Positions 13,553 to 26,724 of a stretch of 64,000 nt of DNA are shown piece by piece. Each line of letters starts with the position of its first letter. Position 1 is the first letter of the stretch. Under the pieces are notes generated by a model. It worked only from the letters and a program-made list of their open reading frames with translations. It did no database searches and was not told the DNA's origin. The position numbers were made by a program, and so were the translations under genes. Source of the DNA: Hydrolagus affinis (taxonomy: Eukaryota); contig JAAILG010000627.1 of the NCBI GenBank assembly GCA_012026655.1, forward strand, positions 1 through 64,000. Direction: 5' to 3'.

Positions 13553-14589
13553 GATATGCAGCCAACAATATTATAAATTGTTTCTGAAACTTAAATAGCT
13601 ACTATGCTCCAGTTATGCTCCAAAATTTTAAAGGAGTTTGCAGATTTTTTTTGGTACTTTCCAATTTTGAAACAACAATTTGTATTTTTAGAGAGCCCTT
13701 CACGTTGAATCATGACAACTTGGAGCAAGTTGGGGGTTGGATGCCAAGTAAGCAGGAAGGTGGTGGGGAGTGGGAGTGGTGGGGTATTTATAGTTGAAGA
13801 AGGAGGTTTTCAATATATTTATATGTTCTTTTCAAGTTTTGATGAGCTGAGGTGTCCCTCTCTTTCGTAGTCAGGTCATCAGTTAAGTTGGTATTATAAA
13901 ATAAAATGTACTGAATGAAAATAACTAAAATGGTTTGAAATTTGGCCATGGAATTTGGAAGTTCCTCTTTGACCTTGCTTATGGTGGGGGTGGCTGAAAC
14001 ATATTTTGTTCATCTGTGGGATCTAATCTTGAATCCAATGAAGGCAGATGACATGAAAGTTTCCTTTTTCTTCTGAGTATAAGAGGGCTTGGAAAGTTTG
14101 GGTGATTGACAGACTTCAGTCAATCTCCGTGGCTTCTCAGGACGGCTTGCTGGGGCAGCTGGGGGCATCGCTGAGCAAAGACTCAAGGTTTGAGTCTCAC
14201 GACACAGTTTTAAATGGACAAAAATGTTAATGAATTAGATGTGCAGCTGAATTGCATACTACTCTCTGTAATCAGCGAAGTAGACTAAACCCCAGCCTGT
14301 TTGCAGTTAAAGCAATTTTTTTCAGGACCATTTACGTCAGCAGGAAACAATCAACAAAAAATACACCCAAAAAATATCTTGGATGAAATGAGTTCATTAG
14401 CCAGAAGACGATCCATTTGGAAACTATTGCAACTAATATTCCAGTAATTATGGTAACAGTTTAAGCAGGAACATTTGGCTTTTTTTGGGAGGGAAAGAGA
14501 TACTCATAGCAATATGTGATATTTTGGTGAATATTAATGTGATTTTTCTTGGGCTGTGCTTTGTTAGATATGGGTGTGTCCTCAGACTG

Positions 14590-14830
14590 ATGTCCCGATG
14601 TGCTTTTCCAGCGAGCATCCCACGTATAGGGTGTGTGGCCAAGCTGGACTGGGGAAGCTGAAGAGGGTGTAGGGGTGGCAAGGTGACCAAAAGCGTGGTT
14701 GAAGGATAGGTGTTAAGGTAGGGAGGTAGGTGGAGGAATGGTATTCCAGAGAATGGGGGCAGATTGGCTGAATGCTTGCCATCTTGTGTTGGCCAACAGC
14801 AGGCTGGGGATGTGCAGCAGGCCGGGGTAG
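14590..14830 (-). mobile_element. L2 LINE 3' fragment
   Basis: The minus strand reads ccggcctgctgcacatcccc...gcattcagcc...ctctggaatacc (GLLHIP...AFS.SAP.LWN.I), similar to the L2 copies at 41845 and 49362. Confidence 0.65.
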
Positions 14831-16319
14831 GCTGATTGGAGGCGTGGCTCCTGAAGCTGTGGTGCCATTGGTACAGACCTGGTGTTGCACTTCAGCCTTT
14901 CTGGGTACACTCACATCAACAGGAAATGAATCCACGGAATCACTGGGCAGCTTTGTTCCATTTATTTGTACATTTGTGTGTGAGGATTCTCTGTCTCAGA
15001 AGGAAAAGCATCTTCCTTAATGCTCTGCCAATATGGCATCTGATTGTTCTGCTGGAATGCCCTGGGAAGGGATAGTATTGGGAAGCTTTGTTGAAAAGGC
15101 AATATGCTGTATCTGATTTATTTGGACTAAAACCTTGTAGGATCTGCTATTTGTTTAACTTACTCAGAAATAGAATTAAAGTTGTGCTTCATATCTAATA
15201 GATATTATCCATCGAACTGGAGAGCTGAACTATGGCGCAAACCATATTAATCATTGTCTTACATAGGTTATGCAACCATATCCCATGATTTGTAACATCT
15301 CACTAAATGTCTCCTTTACACTGGAGCTGTTGCTGAATCACCTTTATATTGTGTGGCATTTTAATGCAATTGGGTATAATTTACAGTGCAAATGTGTAGA
15401 CGGCGTATAAGGGTTTGCTCAGTGGAAAGAGGATGACGGAGTACTGATCATACTTCATTACAGACCTAAGAATATATTTCATTCACGATTCTATCGTCAC
15501 TGCTCATAAATCAGCACGCTGGCGGATTCCAGGTTTTCACATTGGAGAATTATTGCATAACTTGGGGGGTGGGTAGAATGTGACTTGTTAAGTATCTCAC
15601 TGATTATTGTCATGTCACACGTTTCATTTTTCGAACCCCTATTAACACAAGCATTTGTCGATGTAGGTGTTTGCAAAAAAATGCAATTATTGCACTTGAC
15701 AGTAAATTCTGTGAAATGCTGCTCATTCTCTTCCTCTCCTATCTCTCTGCAACTGCAGAACAATGGATGTGATCCAAATTAGCACATCTAAAATGGAAAT
15801 GGTTAGAAATATATCTCGCTACCTGTCCACCTAGGACCAAGCTTCCTATTAAGAGGTTTGGCTTGTTGGGTTTAACAGGAACCAAGTGGGAAGAAAATGT
15901 ATTTGAAACTAACCACTTTACCACCACAAAAAAGACATCAGAAAGGGAATAGAGAAATGTAAGAACTGTGGTTACTTGTGCTGGGTATGGGGAAACAATA
16001 CAGGATATAAACTGGAGAGCACACTCTCTGACAGCTGAATGCTGCTCTAACAATAATAGATCATGCGTGCTCCATATGTCTATCTTTGTTTACATAATTT
16101 AGTCAGCTGCTATGAAAAGTTACTTCCGAGAAAACACGCCTCAGAGCGGAACATCTTTCACAGCCCCAGCAAATGCTCCAAAAAAATCAACGTTGACCTC
16201 CAACCTTATGACCCACAAATCAAATCAGTAATTTACTCTTGTTCATATCCTTTTCCTGTGTGCAAGGGTAGGGGAAACACAGATAGCCCTTCACAGATAA
16301 TTCAACGCACAGGCACACG

Positions 16320-16450
16320 TGGAAGTAAGGAATCGTTTAAACAAAGGCTGCAGTTTGAGTTAGTTAAATTCAGCCGGTGGGGGGAGTGGCAGTGGATGGA
16401 GGAGGGAGGAAGGAGTTCCTCGCAGGAAGTGGCAAAGTTGCTGAAGACTG
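16320..16450 (-). mobile_element. Degraded L2 fragment
   Basis: Purine-rich segment (...ggagttcc...gttgctgaag) resembling the minus-strand L2 copies at 20045 and 41845. Confidence 0.35.
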
Positions 16451-17084
16451 AAATATTGGGTTTGTCATTGGAATCCGAGGACCAGCTGCTCATGTTGTGA
16501 GCTCAGGGACTTAATCCCAGGTCATATATATAGATCAGTCCAAGCCAAGTGCTGATGTCAATAATCTGCTACAAATCTGTTTTATTGTCTGTATGAAGGG
16601 CCGTACCCAGATCTCCAACATTCCCTGCAGGAAGCATTGGGTATTTTCAGGATGAACCGCCTAACTGGAACATCAGAGACTGAGCTAGAATAATATTCCA
16701 ACAATGTATCCAAAATGTTTAGTAAAGCAAAGAAAAGATGAATGGTTAATCAGAGTTTCAGTGTGCTCCACTTAGATACTTTGTCAGGATCCAACATGAA
16801 TCTTCATAAAGGACATGAGTATTTAGGAAGAGTGGTTATATAAGACGATGACTTGCTAAAATATATGTACTATGTATTAAAACACCATGAGAAAATATGG
16901 GTAAAGTTGTATGGGGGATGTTTGCTTGTTGATATTTAACTTGACATGGATTAGCTGTACTTGATCAAATACAATATAATGATAACCGGATTCAATTTCT
17001 TAATACAGGCAACAAATGATGCAAAGTAAAAAATGCTGGGTTTCTGCAGACGAAAAGCTGATCTTTCAATATTATTAAGTAGGG

Positions 17085-17477
17085 GTCACAGCCTGGCTCA
17101 GTCAGTAGCCTCCTGCCACTGAGTTGGATAGTTGTGGGTTCAAATCCTGTGTCTGGATGTGCTACATTGTCAGAGATGCAGTCCTTCAGATGAGACATTA
17201 AACCAGGTGCTTTCTGCTTATTAACATGGACTTTAAAGAACGTCTTTCATTATTTCTCCCGGTGTCCTGATGATCAACCCCCCTGAGTAAATTGCTCATT
17301 CACATAATGACTCTTTGTGGGTCGACTCTGTGTGCAAATTGGCAGTGATTTTCATCAACAAAACACAGTCACTATACAACATATCCTTGTGAAGCTCTTT
17401 GAGACATTTTGCCCCCTCCCCACTGCCCCCCACCCCGACGTGAAAGGCTGTATATCACATGTAAGGATTATTATTAA
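17085..17477 (+). mobile_element. Near full-length tRNA-headed Deu-domain SINE
   Basis: A-box-like ctggctcagtcagta, B-box-like gtgggttcaaatcc, Deu-like core (ttcagatgagacattaaacc), L2-type tail ending (TTA)n. Confidence 0.8.
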
Positions 17478-17529
17478 AGTTCAATGCAGGGCCTCTTGTA
17501 ATAAGAGTCTGGTTGATGGAGTAAAATTA

Positions 17530-17670
17530 GTAATAATAAATAATAATAATGTATAACAATCCTTGCATTTGATATAGCGTTTTTCACATCTTCCAGACAT
17601 CTCATCGCGCTTCACAGAATGTACTGTAAAGTGAATCGACTGTATTATTGTGGGCAGAACATTGACAACC
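17530..17670 (-). mobile_element. SINE 3' tail
   Basis: (TAA)n...ccttgcatttgatatagcg...cgcttcacagaatgtactgtaaagtgaat. Confidence 0.85.
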
Positions 17671-20044
17671 ATACCAAGCTTAGACTTTAAATGCTTGCTA
17701 CAAAGAGTTTGAACTTCCATTGTATAGTTATCAAAACTTATAGAAAAAAAAGACTGAAGGAAATATAAAAAATATGTATTTTAATTGATTGCTGCAAACT
17801 GCTTTCACAAGCCTTTTTTTTGATCTGAGGGAGAAAAAAGACTAAAGTATGGAAGATTGGCAGGGTCGCCTCACAGCTGTGAGCAGGTCAAATCCCCGAA
17901 ACAAGTTTCACGTTTAAACCAGGAAATGGGAGCCGCAAATGGGTAACCTTGACAATCATATATAACACTTCATAACTGAGCAACTCCAACATTTCTACAC
18001 CGTGACTGACTGGCGTTCCAAATATTCGCTAAATCCAATGAGTCACCAGCGTGAACCATCAGTGACACAGGCTTTAAACCCCCCAATTCCAACAGTTCAC
18101 AGACCTTCCTGTGTGAGACCAGTTTCCTTTTCACCACTTTTTCTTTCCCCTTTTACTTCTATTCCGAAACACGTTTGAAGTTTTAACAACTAAAATCTCT
18201 TGGGTTGGTCATTTTGTGAGCAGGACATATGGGTTCTGGAATGACGAAACTTTTCAAACAACTTGTGGAGCCAAGCTGAATGAGGCACATGTACATGTTA
18301 TAGGGTTTTACCCGTTTTATCTGTTCGGTCAATATAGAATCAGAATAGACTTCATGTGATCCGCTCAGTGAACAATATACACTAATAGCAAGAATGAAGG
18401 GTACTTTTATGAAGATAGAGGAATTTTGACAGCTCTTTTTTGACTAAGAAGTACTGTATCTGACAATTCAATACTGGAATGGAAGAACAAATACAAAATA
18501 TAACTGACAGTGAGATACTGTATCTTATTTATTCTTTGGCAGTGACTTTTGGTACAATGCAGCACCATTAAATCAATTATTGATCATCAAACACTGCTAC
18601 TAATTCCATAGTATTAGTTTACATGTGGGAATTGTTATTTTCAGGTGACAGATGATAAAGTAACAATCTTTGTGTAGAGATCTTAGCATATTTTTGCAAT
18701 ATTATGGACTTTATTGGGGTCTCTGTTGTCATACAGTTCTAGTGAAGTACAATAGTTTGATGGGAGGCTGAGGGGTGGTCTCATTGGAATTTAAAATGCA
18801 ACATTTCTTAAAAAGTAATCCTTTGGTTTAATTTGCAATATTTCTGACAGGAAGGGCAAAATTCTAACTAGTGTTAGCCTAAAAGGCCATTTTGAATTCC
18901 GTGTAATTTCACATAATCTTGAATTCTCTTTTGTAGGTAAAATGATGCTAGGTGAAATTTTCAGGCCGCCTGTCAGAAATGCCACATTTTGCACAAGTCA
19001 AATCGAGTCTGTAAAGCCGAACAACAAGTTTTTAATAAAAATGTCAGAGACCAAATAACCATCACTTAGAAAATGTATTCCAATGTAATGGGCCACCATT
19101 AACATTACAGAAAATCAACCTTGATATTATGTCCTAATCTTTCCTCCTAATGCAGCAAGTCAGGAAAAAGACCTGAAAATGGAGTGATGGGGTTTGATAT
19201 GTGAATGTAAATGACAGGGCCAACTGCATGCAGGTCAAGTAGCTTTTTCTTAGTCACCAGTGGGTTTTTTTGTTCTGTGAATTATGAACAAAATAACAGC
19301 TCTTAATAAAAAAAAATGAGTCGCTGAGGAACTCTGTTGAGTCCATTCTTATTCAGCCCATTCAGGGTTAAGAAGTGCATGTGTTTGGGTTTTTAATGTT
19401 TCACTACATAAGCCGATGAGCGCTGGATAGAAACTCTGAGGTTAAAAAGTCCAGATGGTATTTAAAATGTATTCTCACTCTAAACATGCCTGATTTATGT
19501 GAAGCACTAATGGTATCTCTGTTAAAATCTGGCCAGCGCTAGTCTTTCTGATCTCCAGCACTGAATTCATTGGATTCTTTTGTTGCAGTCATTAATCTGT
19601 CACAACAAAGACTTGCTTCAATCAGGAATTCGTGAGGTTTTTGAAAAAAGAAGCTTTTGATAAATGGTAACTAGTATAATCTGCCTGAATTACCATCCAG
19701 TTCTCTATTTATATTACTTAACAGTTGCTCTTATTGAAGAGCATTTGATAATAATTCTAAAAGACATTTTGTGCATTAATCTTCGGTATACATTCTGAGT
19801 ATTTGCTTGCATAGTACAGCGCCATTTATCACCAATGGTCAGAGCTCTCTTTGTGGGGATAGTGAAAGGCTTAGCCTTTGGGATAAAAGCTCCAGCATTT
19901 GACAGTTTTGAAATCAAATATCTGTCAAGGATTTCTGCCAGCCAGCATTGTATTTATGACGTTGACTGTGTTTGTGCACGTGACGCCCACTAATGGCATT
20001 TTGATGAGAGAATTATGAGCATATTGTTCCAAAGAAAAATACAA

Positions 20045-20440
20045 TACACTTTACATTTATTTAGCGCCTTTCACTTTGGAAGCATGTCTGTAAGAGCTTC
20101 ACACTGCCAGCCGGGCACTCCAGTTGGAGGGGGCTGAAGAGTGTGGAGGTGGAAATGATGTCTGAAAATGCAGTTGGAAAAGTAAGTCTTGATGCAAGGT
20201 TTGAATCAAGAGAGGGAGAGAGTCAGAGAGACTATGGGATGGAGTTCCAGAGATCAAGGGCAGAAAGACTGAAAGGCCACATGATAATGTTGGGCGGATG
20301 GGCAGGGGATACGAAGCAGGCCAATGTTCGTTGAATGTAGGAAACAGCCACTTTGGGAGGAATGTAGGAGGTCGCAGAGATAGGGTGGGGCGAGGCCGTG
20401 GAGCGATTTACAACATAATGTAATACCATTTAAAATTGTC
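20045..20440 (-). mobile_element. L2 LINE 3' fragment
   Basis: The minus strand encodes KSLHGLAPPYLCDLL and LWNSIP, typical L2 ORF2 C-terminal motifs, followed by the tail. Confidence 0.85.
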
Positions 20441-21045
20441 CATTGTATCATTTCTATTGAAGTTGAAGTTTTATTTTGGTATTCCTCTCAATCCCAACTG
20501 ACATTCGCTAATAGGGGCAAAATGTCGCTGTACTTAAAGGCTTGAGGGATCTCATGCCCTAGATTTCTCTCCCGTTTGTAAGAACACAAACTATTTATTA
20601 TGTCTATGTCAACATTGTCCCAAAATGATTAATCACTTTTAATTTTTATAGCTTGACTACATTACATCGGAAAATAAACAAGATTTATTTGGAGATTATT
20701 TCATAGGTGCTTTTGGACGTGTAGACAACAACGTGGACACAGCAAAAAAATAATCGATAAGGAATAATCAGAACAAACCGTTTGAGGAAACGAGCGGTCT
20801 TAAATACGAACAACATGCTGCTTAACAGAAGAAATAAGACAATTTGTGTTTTTAGTTGTACTGTAATCTTGGATTAACCCATCCCTCGACTTGAATTCTG
20901 ATATATCTGAAAGAAAGTCTAGTTCAGGGAGTAAACACCACTGACCTATGGATTATGACGCATGATGCTAGAATGCTGTGTAAAATGCTATGTAAAATGG
21001 ATGTCAGATGAGGTGCAGAGGTGTTGAGGGAAACAGACACCTACC

Positions 21046-21106
21046 TCAGACAGACACGCAGAGCAACTAGACATCAGACAGACACGCAGAGCAACTGGAC
21101 CTCAGA
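21046..21106. repeat. 28-bp tandem duplication (about 2.2 copies)
   Basis: tcagacagacacgcagagcaact(a/g)gac(a/c) twice, then tcaga. Confidence 0.9.
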
Positions 21107-21554
21107 AATTTTAATGCCACAAATGCATTGGCCAGGAAATTGACCAAAATGATTTTTAAAAAAAACAACTAGATGATCGGAAAATTGGCTAGTACAAATG
21201 ACTGACAACTAAAGGAAAGTGAAAGAGCACAACAACTCAGTTTTATCCTTTAAGGCTCTTTGGTCTTCAAATTGTGGAAATGTTTTGAATTCAGTCTCAA
21301 TTTGAAAGGTAAATTATCTACAATTCTGCTCAATGTTACATTTGAAGACAAAATGCTTTTAAAATTTCACCCAGTGAACATTTTCTCAGGCCTTGGCTTT
21401 ATAAATCAATTGGACATAAATACAGTTTAACTTTTCCATTGTATACTTGCCGAAAGTAAAACTAGCATGTTTGGTCAGTTGCTAAGATGAAGGAAATCTC
21501 TGGTATGTGAATATAAGCCACACTGATCTCTGCAGCAACCTCCAGGATCAAATT

Positions 21555-21790
21555 CAATAATGAAAATAATCCTCGCATTTGAATACAGTGCCTTTCATGC
21601 CATGAGGTTGTCTCAAAGCACTTCACAGGCAATACTGTATAGTGTAGTGATAGAGTATTTTGTTGGCGAATGCGGCTGCCCTGCAATGGTCCACAAAACA
21701 GGCATGAAAGACAAAGACCAATTTAATCTGGGGAATTATTGGCCCGGACACCGGCAGAGATATTTATCCTCGTTACAATCATTTCTGGCT
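21555..21790 (-). mobile_element. SINE 3' half
   Basis: cctcgcatttgaatacagtgcctttca...ctcaaagcacttcacag...ggacaccgg. Confidence 0.75.
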
Positions 21791-23394
21791 GCATCATGTT
21801 ACAACAGCAGCACTTATTACACAAAGTGAAATAGCTAAACTCACACATATTAGTGGTGCACAATGTTTAAGTTTGTAAACTTCTTGCCCTGCTTGATTCA
21901 GAAAAGCATTTTGCACCTATTTGTATCCCTTATGCCCAATCAATTTCACTGCAGCTTTGTGTGCCACACACTGAAATATGTCAGGAACTGACTTACTGAC
22001 AAGTGGATATTCTATATGTAGTACTGAAATTAATGAGATTCAGCACTTATGTCCTGTATTGAATTGGTCTCTGGAGTAATATCACAGACAATCAAGAGGC
22101 AGAGAATTAGCTTGGTGTCCAAATGAAAGAAAATCTATCTTATCGACTCTGAAATGTACCATTCATACTTATGGCAGGAAACAATTACTAAGAATGTAAA
22201 GCTGAATGTTGCAGTAATTTTTAAATCACAACCATAATTGAATTGTGAGAAGCATCTTAATATCAGTGGGAAGCCTTGATTAAGCATGAGCATGTGAATA
22301 CATTTTAAATTTGGAGTAGTGTTGGCCATAATTCCTCTGTAGATGAATTTGATGCTGAAATCTGTGTTACAGGGCTGTTGTACTGCCAGGAAATCTTTTC
22401 TTCTGGAACCAGGGGATCCAGCTACATATTAGACCACTAGAGAATCAAAACGTCTATTCACATTTATACTTGCCATAACTTATGTTTACATAACACCCTT
22501 TACGTAGGGTTACATCTTGGAGAGGTTTAGAGAGGCTGAATTTGGTTAAAAAGTTTGATCACAATTAATCTACATTAGGGTCCCTCTGGGACTGGGCACT
22601 CAACGCCATGATATTGCACCCAATCTAGGTAAGCGTATCTCCCCTGCTGCTAGGAAACACTGTTTCAGTAATGCACCCAGTAATCAGCCATTGGATCAGT
22701 TTGCATCTAGAAAGGAACAGCTGTAGTCTACTCCAAGCCCTGAGATAGATATCATCTCTGGGCAGGTCAGTAGCTAAAGCAGGTGTGCAATAAACCTGCA
22801 GCCTTCTGTCTGGGAGTTGGGACGAGGTCACCTGCTATGCAGCCTTACTTGACTCTGTTGGCTGGGTGTTATTGGTTCTCGCTGGCGTTCCACACGGATG
22901 CGAGTTGTTTTCCTTCTGGGAGCGGAGGAGAAATCTGTTATTGTCAGATCCATCAGATGAACCCGATGTCTCGGGTTGCTTCTGGCTTGAGAAATCGCAC
23001 CGTTTATGCCAGGGAAGTTTTCCCAGTCGGCAGGTGAGGAACAATGGGCCCTATTAATCTTGACCATCAATAGCCATTTTCCCCCCTACCTGCCTTGGGT
23101 ACTTTGTTGGAACAAGCAGGCTGTAAAAAAACAACTGGAATAGAAAGAAAAGGCAAAAGGTACTACACTTTCACTTCAAGAGGATGTCTTAAAGCGAATC
23201 GGCATGGCTTGTCAGTGAAGGTTGGCACATTTACTGGTGTTCGGTGAACCATCACCAGGGCAACCAAAATTCGGAGACTAACCATTTCAGATATTTTATA
23301 TAGTTAGAACAGTCTTAAATATATATGTATAATTACGCTCATGGAATGCAGATGTGTGGGGGAGAAAATAATGTTTAAAACCTTTATACTGTAT

Positions 23395-23512
23395 AATAAT
23401 ATTAATAATCCTTGCATTTGATTATAGCGCCTTATCACGTCATTGAGATGTCTTAAAGTGTTTCACAGGGTATATTATAAAGTGGATTGACTGTGTATTT
23501 TGTGGGCAAAAT
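23395..23512 (-). mobile_element. SINE 3' tail
   Basis: ccttgcatttgattatagcgccttatcacgtc...gactgtgtattttgtgggc. Confidence 0.85.
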
Positions 23513-24859
23513 TATGTACTTGAATCATCTTTAATGCAATTGTTTCAATTGGAGCAATTTGAAATGAATCAGGTATTTTCTTATATGAAGACTGCACGCA
23601 CATAACAAGTTAAATAAAAAGAAATGAGTACTGCAGCAGGGTACTCTCAGTGCAAATGTTTTCGCATTGTAATACTTGAATTAAGGAAGACAAAATGACT
23701 GTACTCATCCGGGCAAGTTAAATAGCGCGGTCCAAAAGCACACACAGAATCTGAGATGTTGTACTTGGGTAGTAAATAGAGGTCGGGGGGGGAAAAAAAA
23801 GACTTATTAAAGTACTTCTGCAATATTGCACATTAAGTGCGAAGATAAAGTGTATGATGGCACATAGAAGGTTAATTTACAGTATCCTGCAGGGATAGCA
23901 CTGTGTGCTGCCAGGATGTGAGATTAAATTCAATTGTTTATAGAGTCTTAGCGTTCTACTTTTTTTTAACAAATGATGCAGCTGTAACACTTCACCGTCT
24001 CTTGTGTTTCCCTCCTTTCTGATTGCCTGGATGACAACTATTGTAATCTAACTAACAGGAACTGCCTGTCCAGGGAATCCACCCATTTCCACTTTACGTT
24101 TGGCTATCTCAGTCCTTCCAGCTGGACACAAAGGCAGGATAAAAGGCCCTTAATTCGAAATAAGATCTTCAGTAAATCTTCTGAAATACTTCAACCATGG
24201 ATAGGCGGGAACACGTTCCTGCACTGCATGTTGGCACAGAAAATAAAGGGATTCCTTCAGTTCTAAACAGAACCTGTTGACAGCCTTGGTGTAGACCCTT
24301 ACAGCCTCACACTACCTGACACATAAAGCTGCCAACCACAAGTGCATTGTGCTTTCTTAGGTCTTGGTTGAGGCTTTAGATGAACACCTCATGACTTGAA
24401 TGATAACTGGTGTGGACTCTGTCCCTCCACAGCATGTGCCATCTGTTAAACGAGGCAGGAGCTAACCAAGGCCGCTCACCCACACTGTAAACTAAAGGAG
24501 CTGCATGAAAAAGGTATAGGACAGAGGTGTCTCTGGTGAATTACCAATCTATGTTTCTGATCTTGTGAAAGGAAAGGTAGAACAGTCTTTGAGACTAAAA
24601 GAATGACAAGCCTTATGTGAAGAGTAAAGGAAAACTAGCAGAACAGTTACCAATGCTACCTGATTGCCTGGTACATTAAGAATCCTGCACCAAAGTATCT
24701 CCCAAATTTTGAAGAATAAATTTGAAAGTAAAACAATATTGAAATGATTTTAACAACAGCATCTGATTAAAAAAAATACTATCTCAAATATAGATTTGTT
24801 ACTTTGGGCAGATTGTAGAAGAACCTTGAAGTGGTGGTCATTATGCTTGCACTATGCCC

Positions 24860-24959
24860 NNNNNNNNNNNNNNNNNNNNNNNNNNNNNNNNNNNNNNNNN
24901 NNNNNNNNNNNNNNNNNNNNNNNNNNNNNNNNNNNNNNNNNNNNNNNNNNNNNNNNNNN
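24860..24959. other. Assembly gap (100 N)
   Basis: Run of exactly 100 Ns, a usual placeholder for a gap of unknown size. Confidence 0.98.
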
Positions 24960-25130
24960 TCGGGAGGACGTCCCAAGGCGCTGCACAGGGGGAGTGTGAC
25001 CCGAGCTGGGAGGGGAGTGTTTGGGCGGGGCTGAAACACGAAGGGGAGGTTGAAAAATTCGGGGGGGAACAGAAGGCACGGTCGAAGAGGAAAGTCTTCA
25101 AACCGGCCTTGAAAGAGGAAAGGGAAGAAA
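24960..25130 (-). mobile_element. L2 LINE 3' fragment abutting the gap
   Basis: gggaggacgtcccaaggcgctgcac...cggtcgaagaggaaagtcttca (minus strand LKTFLFDRAF); CpG-rich. Confidence 0.8.
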
Positions 25131-25132
25131 AG

Positions 25133-25190
25133 TCCCCAAACTACATCTCAATCCCCAAACTACATCTCAGTCCCCAAACTACATCTCAAT
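25133..25190. repeat. 19-bp tandem repeat, three copies
   Basis: tccccaaactacatctca(a/g) three times. Confidence 0.9.
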
Positions 25191-25934
25191 CTATCTGTCT
25201 AATGCTATAATACTGAATTGATATTCAAACGTTATTTGAATGAAGTGATTTACATTCATGGATCTTAAAATGAAACAACACTTAGCTATTTTATGGTCCA
25301 CATAAGCAGTTGCATTTTCCTTCAATGTTTCCAACATGAGATAAATGCATTTGCCATTTAAAGGCTCCTAATAAAGATGTAACTAATACAAACTATTTAG
25401 TAATATGAGGTTATTTGACATTTTATTACATTTGTAACGGAGCAGTTATCAACTTAGTTGGTTAGACAGACAGGGTTATTTTTGTGCCTTACAGATTTTG
25501 ATTCCCCAAAGTAATATCAGCCATAGTTGCGTGTGTATAAGGTTTGTCAATTTCTTAGCTGCTCATTTGAGGGTAATCTCGAAGGTGTTAGTCTGACAAT
25601 TTGAGGGGAGCCCATGGGATTGGGAGTCTTATCACTGTCATCCACCTGGCAGGTTGTAAGCTGGCTGTCGTGTTTGGAACTCCAGATGTAAGGGTCCCAC
25701 TGCGCAGGTTTACACACCTGTCTCAGCTTCACCATTGGAAAGACGGTCACACCATGCACAATATGGAACAATAATATCCTTCAGGCAAACTGGCAAGATT
25801 TTTTTTATACAACATGAAACTCTAGTTATTCCTGTGCAAACCACTTCAAATGTACTGCATTTTCATTCCATTGCTGGATTTTTACGGTTTATGAATTATT
25901 ACGAATTGCTAATGACCGAGAGTTTGCAGTTGAA

Positions 25935-26230
25935 CTGGAAATATAAAGATATTTGATTGGAGTGAACCTCATTTGCAGTACTCCAATGAAAAGTGATATT
26001 GGTCCATGCAAGATTTCATACAGTTATATTGATGGACATTTCGCTCTTGAATATTTTACTCTGACTTTCGTTCAGCCTGATACTCTTGTGTTTCCACTCT
26101 TGTTCTCCAAAGTAAGTGTTTTGATTGTTCCAAATGACATTGAATCTATTATCTATATCTCTTGCCGAGCAGAATGTGCCACTGATATTGCAACATATAA
26201 CCTTGGAAGCTTTTTCCACCAAACAATCTC
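25935..26230 (-). pseudogene. Candidate decayed Ig-like domain exon
   Basis: One frame reads KVICCNISG...NVIWNN...SEMSINITV*NLAWTNITFHWSTANEVHSNQISLYF. It has Ig-like spacing of B-strand Cys, C-strand Trp and E/F/G strands, one internal TGA (26016-26018) and Trp at the expected second Cys. Recognised by eye only. Confidence 0.4.
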
Positions 26231-26724
26231 TAACTTAAGGTGGGGCTCAATTCTGTGTGGCCGAACTGGGGACTCTGTTGGTGGCATCTGCCTGGAAACT
26301 GGGCAAATTTACTGTTGACTTGTCAGGTAGTAATTTGCCGTCAACGGTAAATTAAGCCATCCAATTGAAAGTTCAATAGAATTATGCAAATGTAGGAGCT
26401 TAACAACCAGAAATGAATCACTTGACCTTTGTTAATGAGTGCAGCTTATTGTGCACTGGCAGTAAAACAAGAAAATGGCTTGCAACCCCCAAATTACCTG
26501 CAAGCCACGCTTCAGGGAAAAGGAACTGTGTGTGTTAGTCAACCAATTTATTAAACAGTGAGATGGTATTCTTAGATCCCTCAATAAATGGCAGGTGAAT
26601 GCATGGGTTTAAATGAGCAAAACATGAACAGTGTCCTTTGTTACCAGAGATGCAGAGGACTGCAAGAAAAGTGTGGTGATTTGAGGCAAAAGGCTGATTT
26701 GTGGCACCCCCACAAAAATAGTCT

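Noticed and set aside
14582-15075. 117-aa Pro-rich ORF and neighbouring ORFs
   Set aside because: Largely an L2 3' fragment; the upstream part has stops in all frames and no recognisable homology.
21046-25190. CRISPR-like arrays (28-bp and 19-bp repeats)
   Set aside because: These are simple head-to-tail tandem duplications without spacers, in eukaryotic DNA.
24779-25210. ORFs spanning the N run
   Set aside because: Artefacts of the assembly gap and the adjacent L2 sequence.
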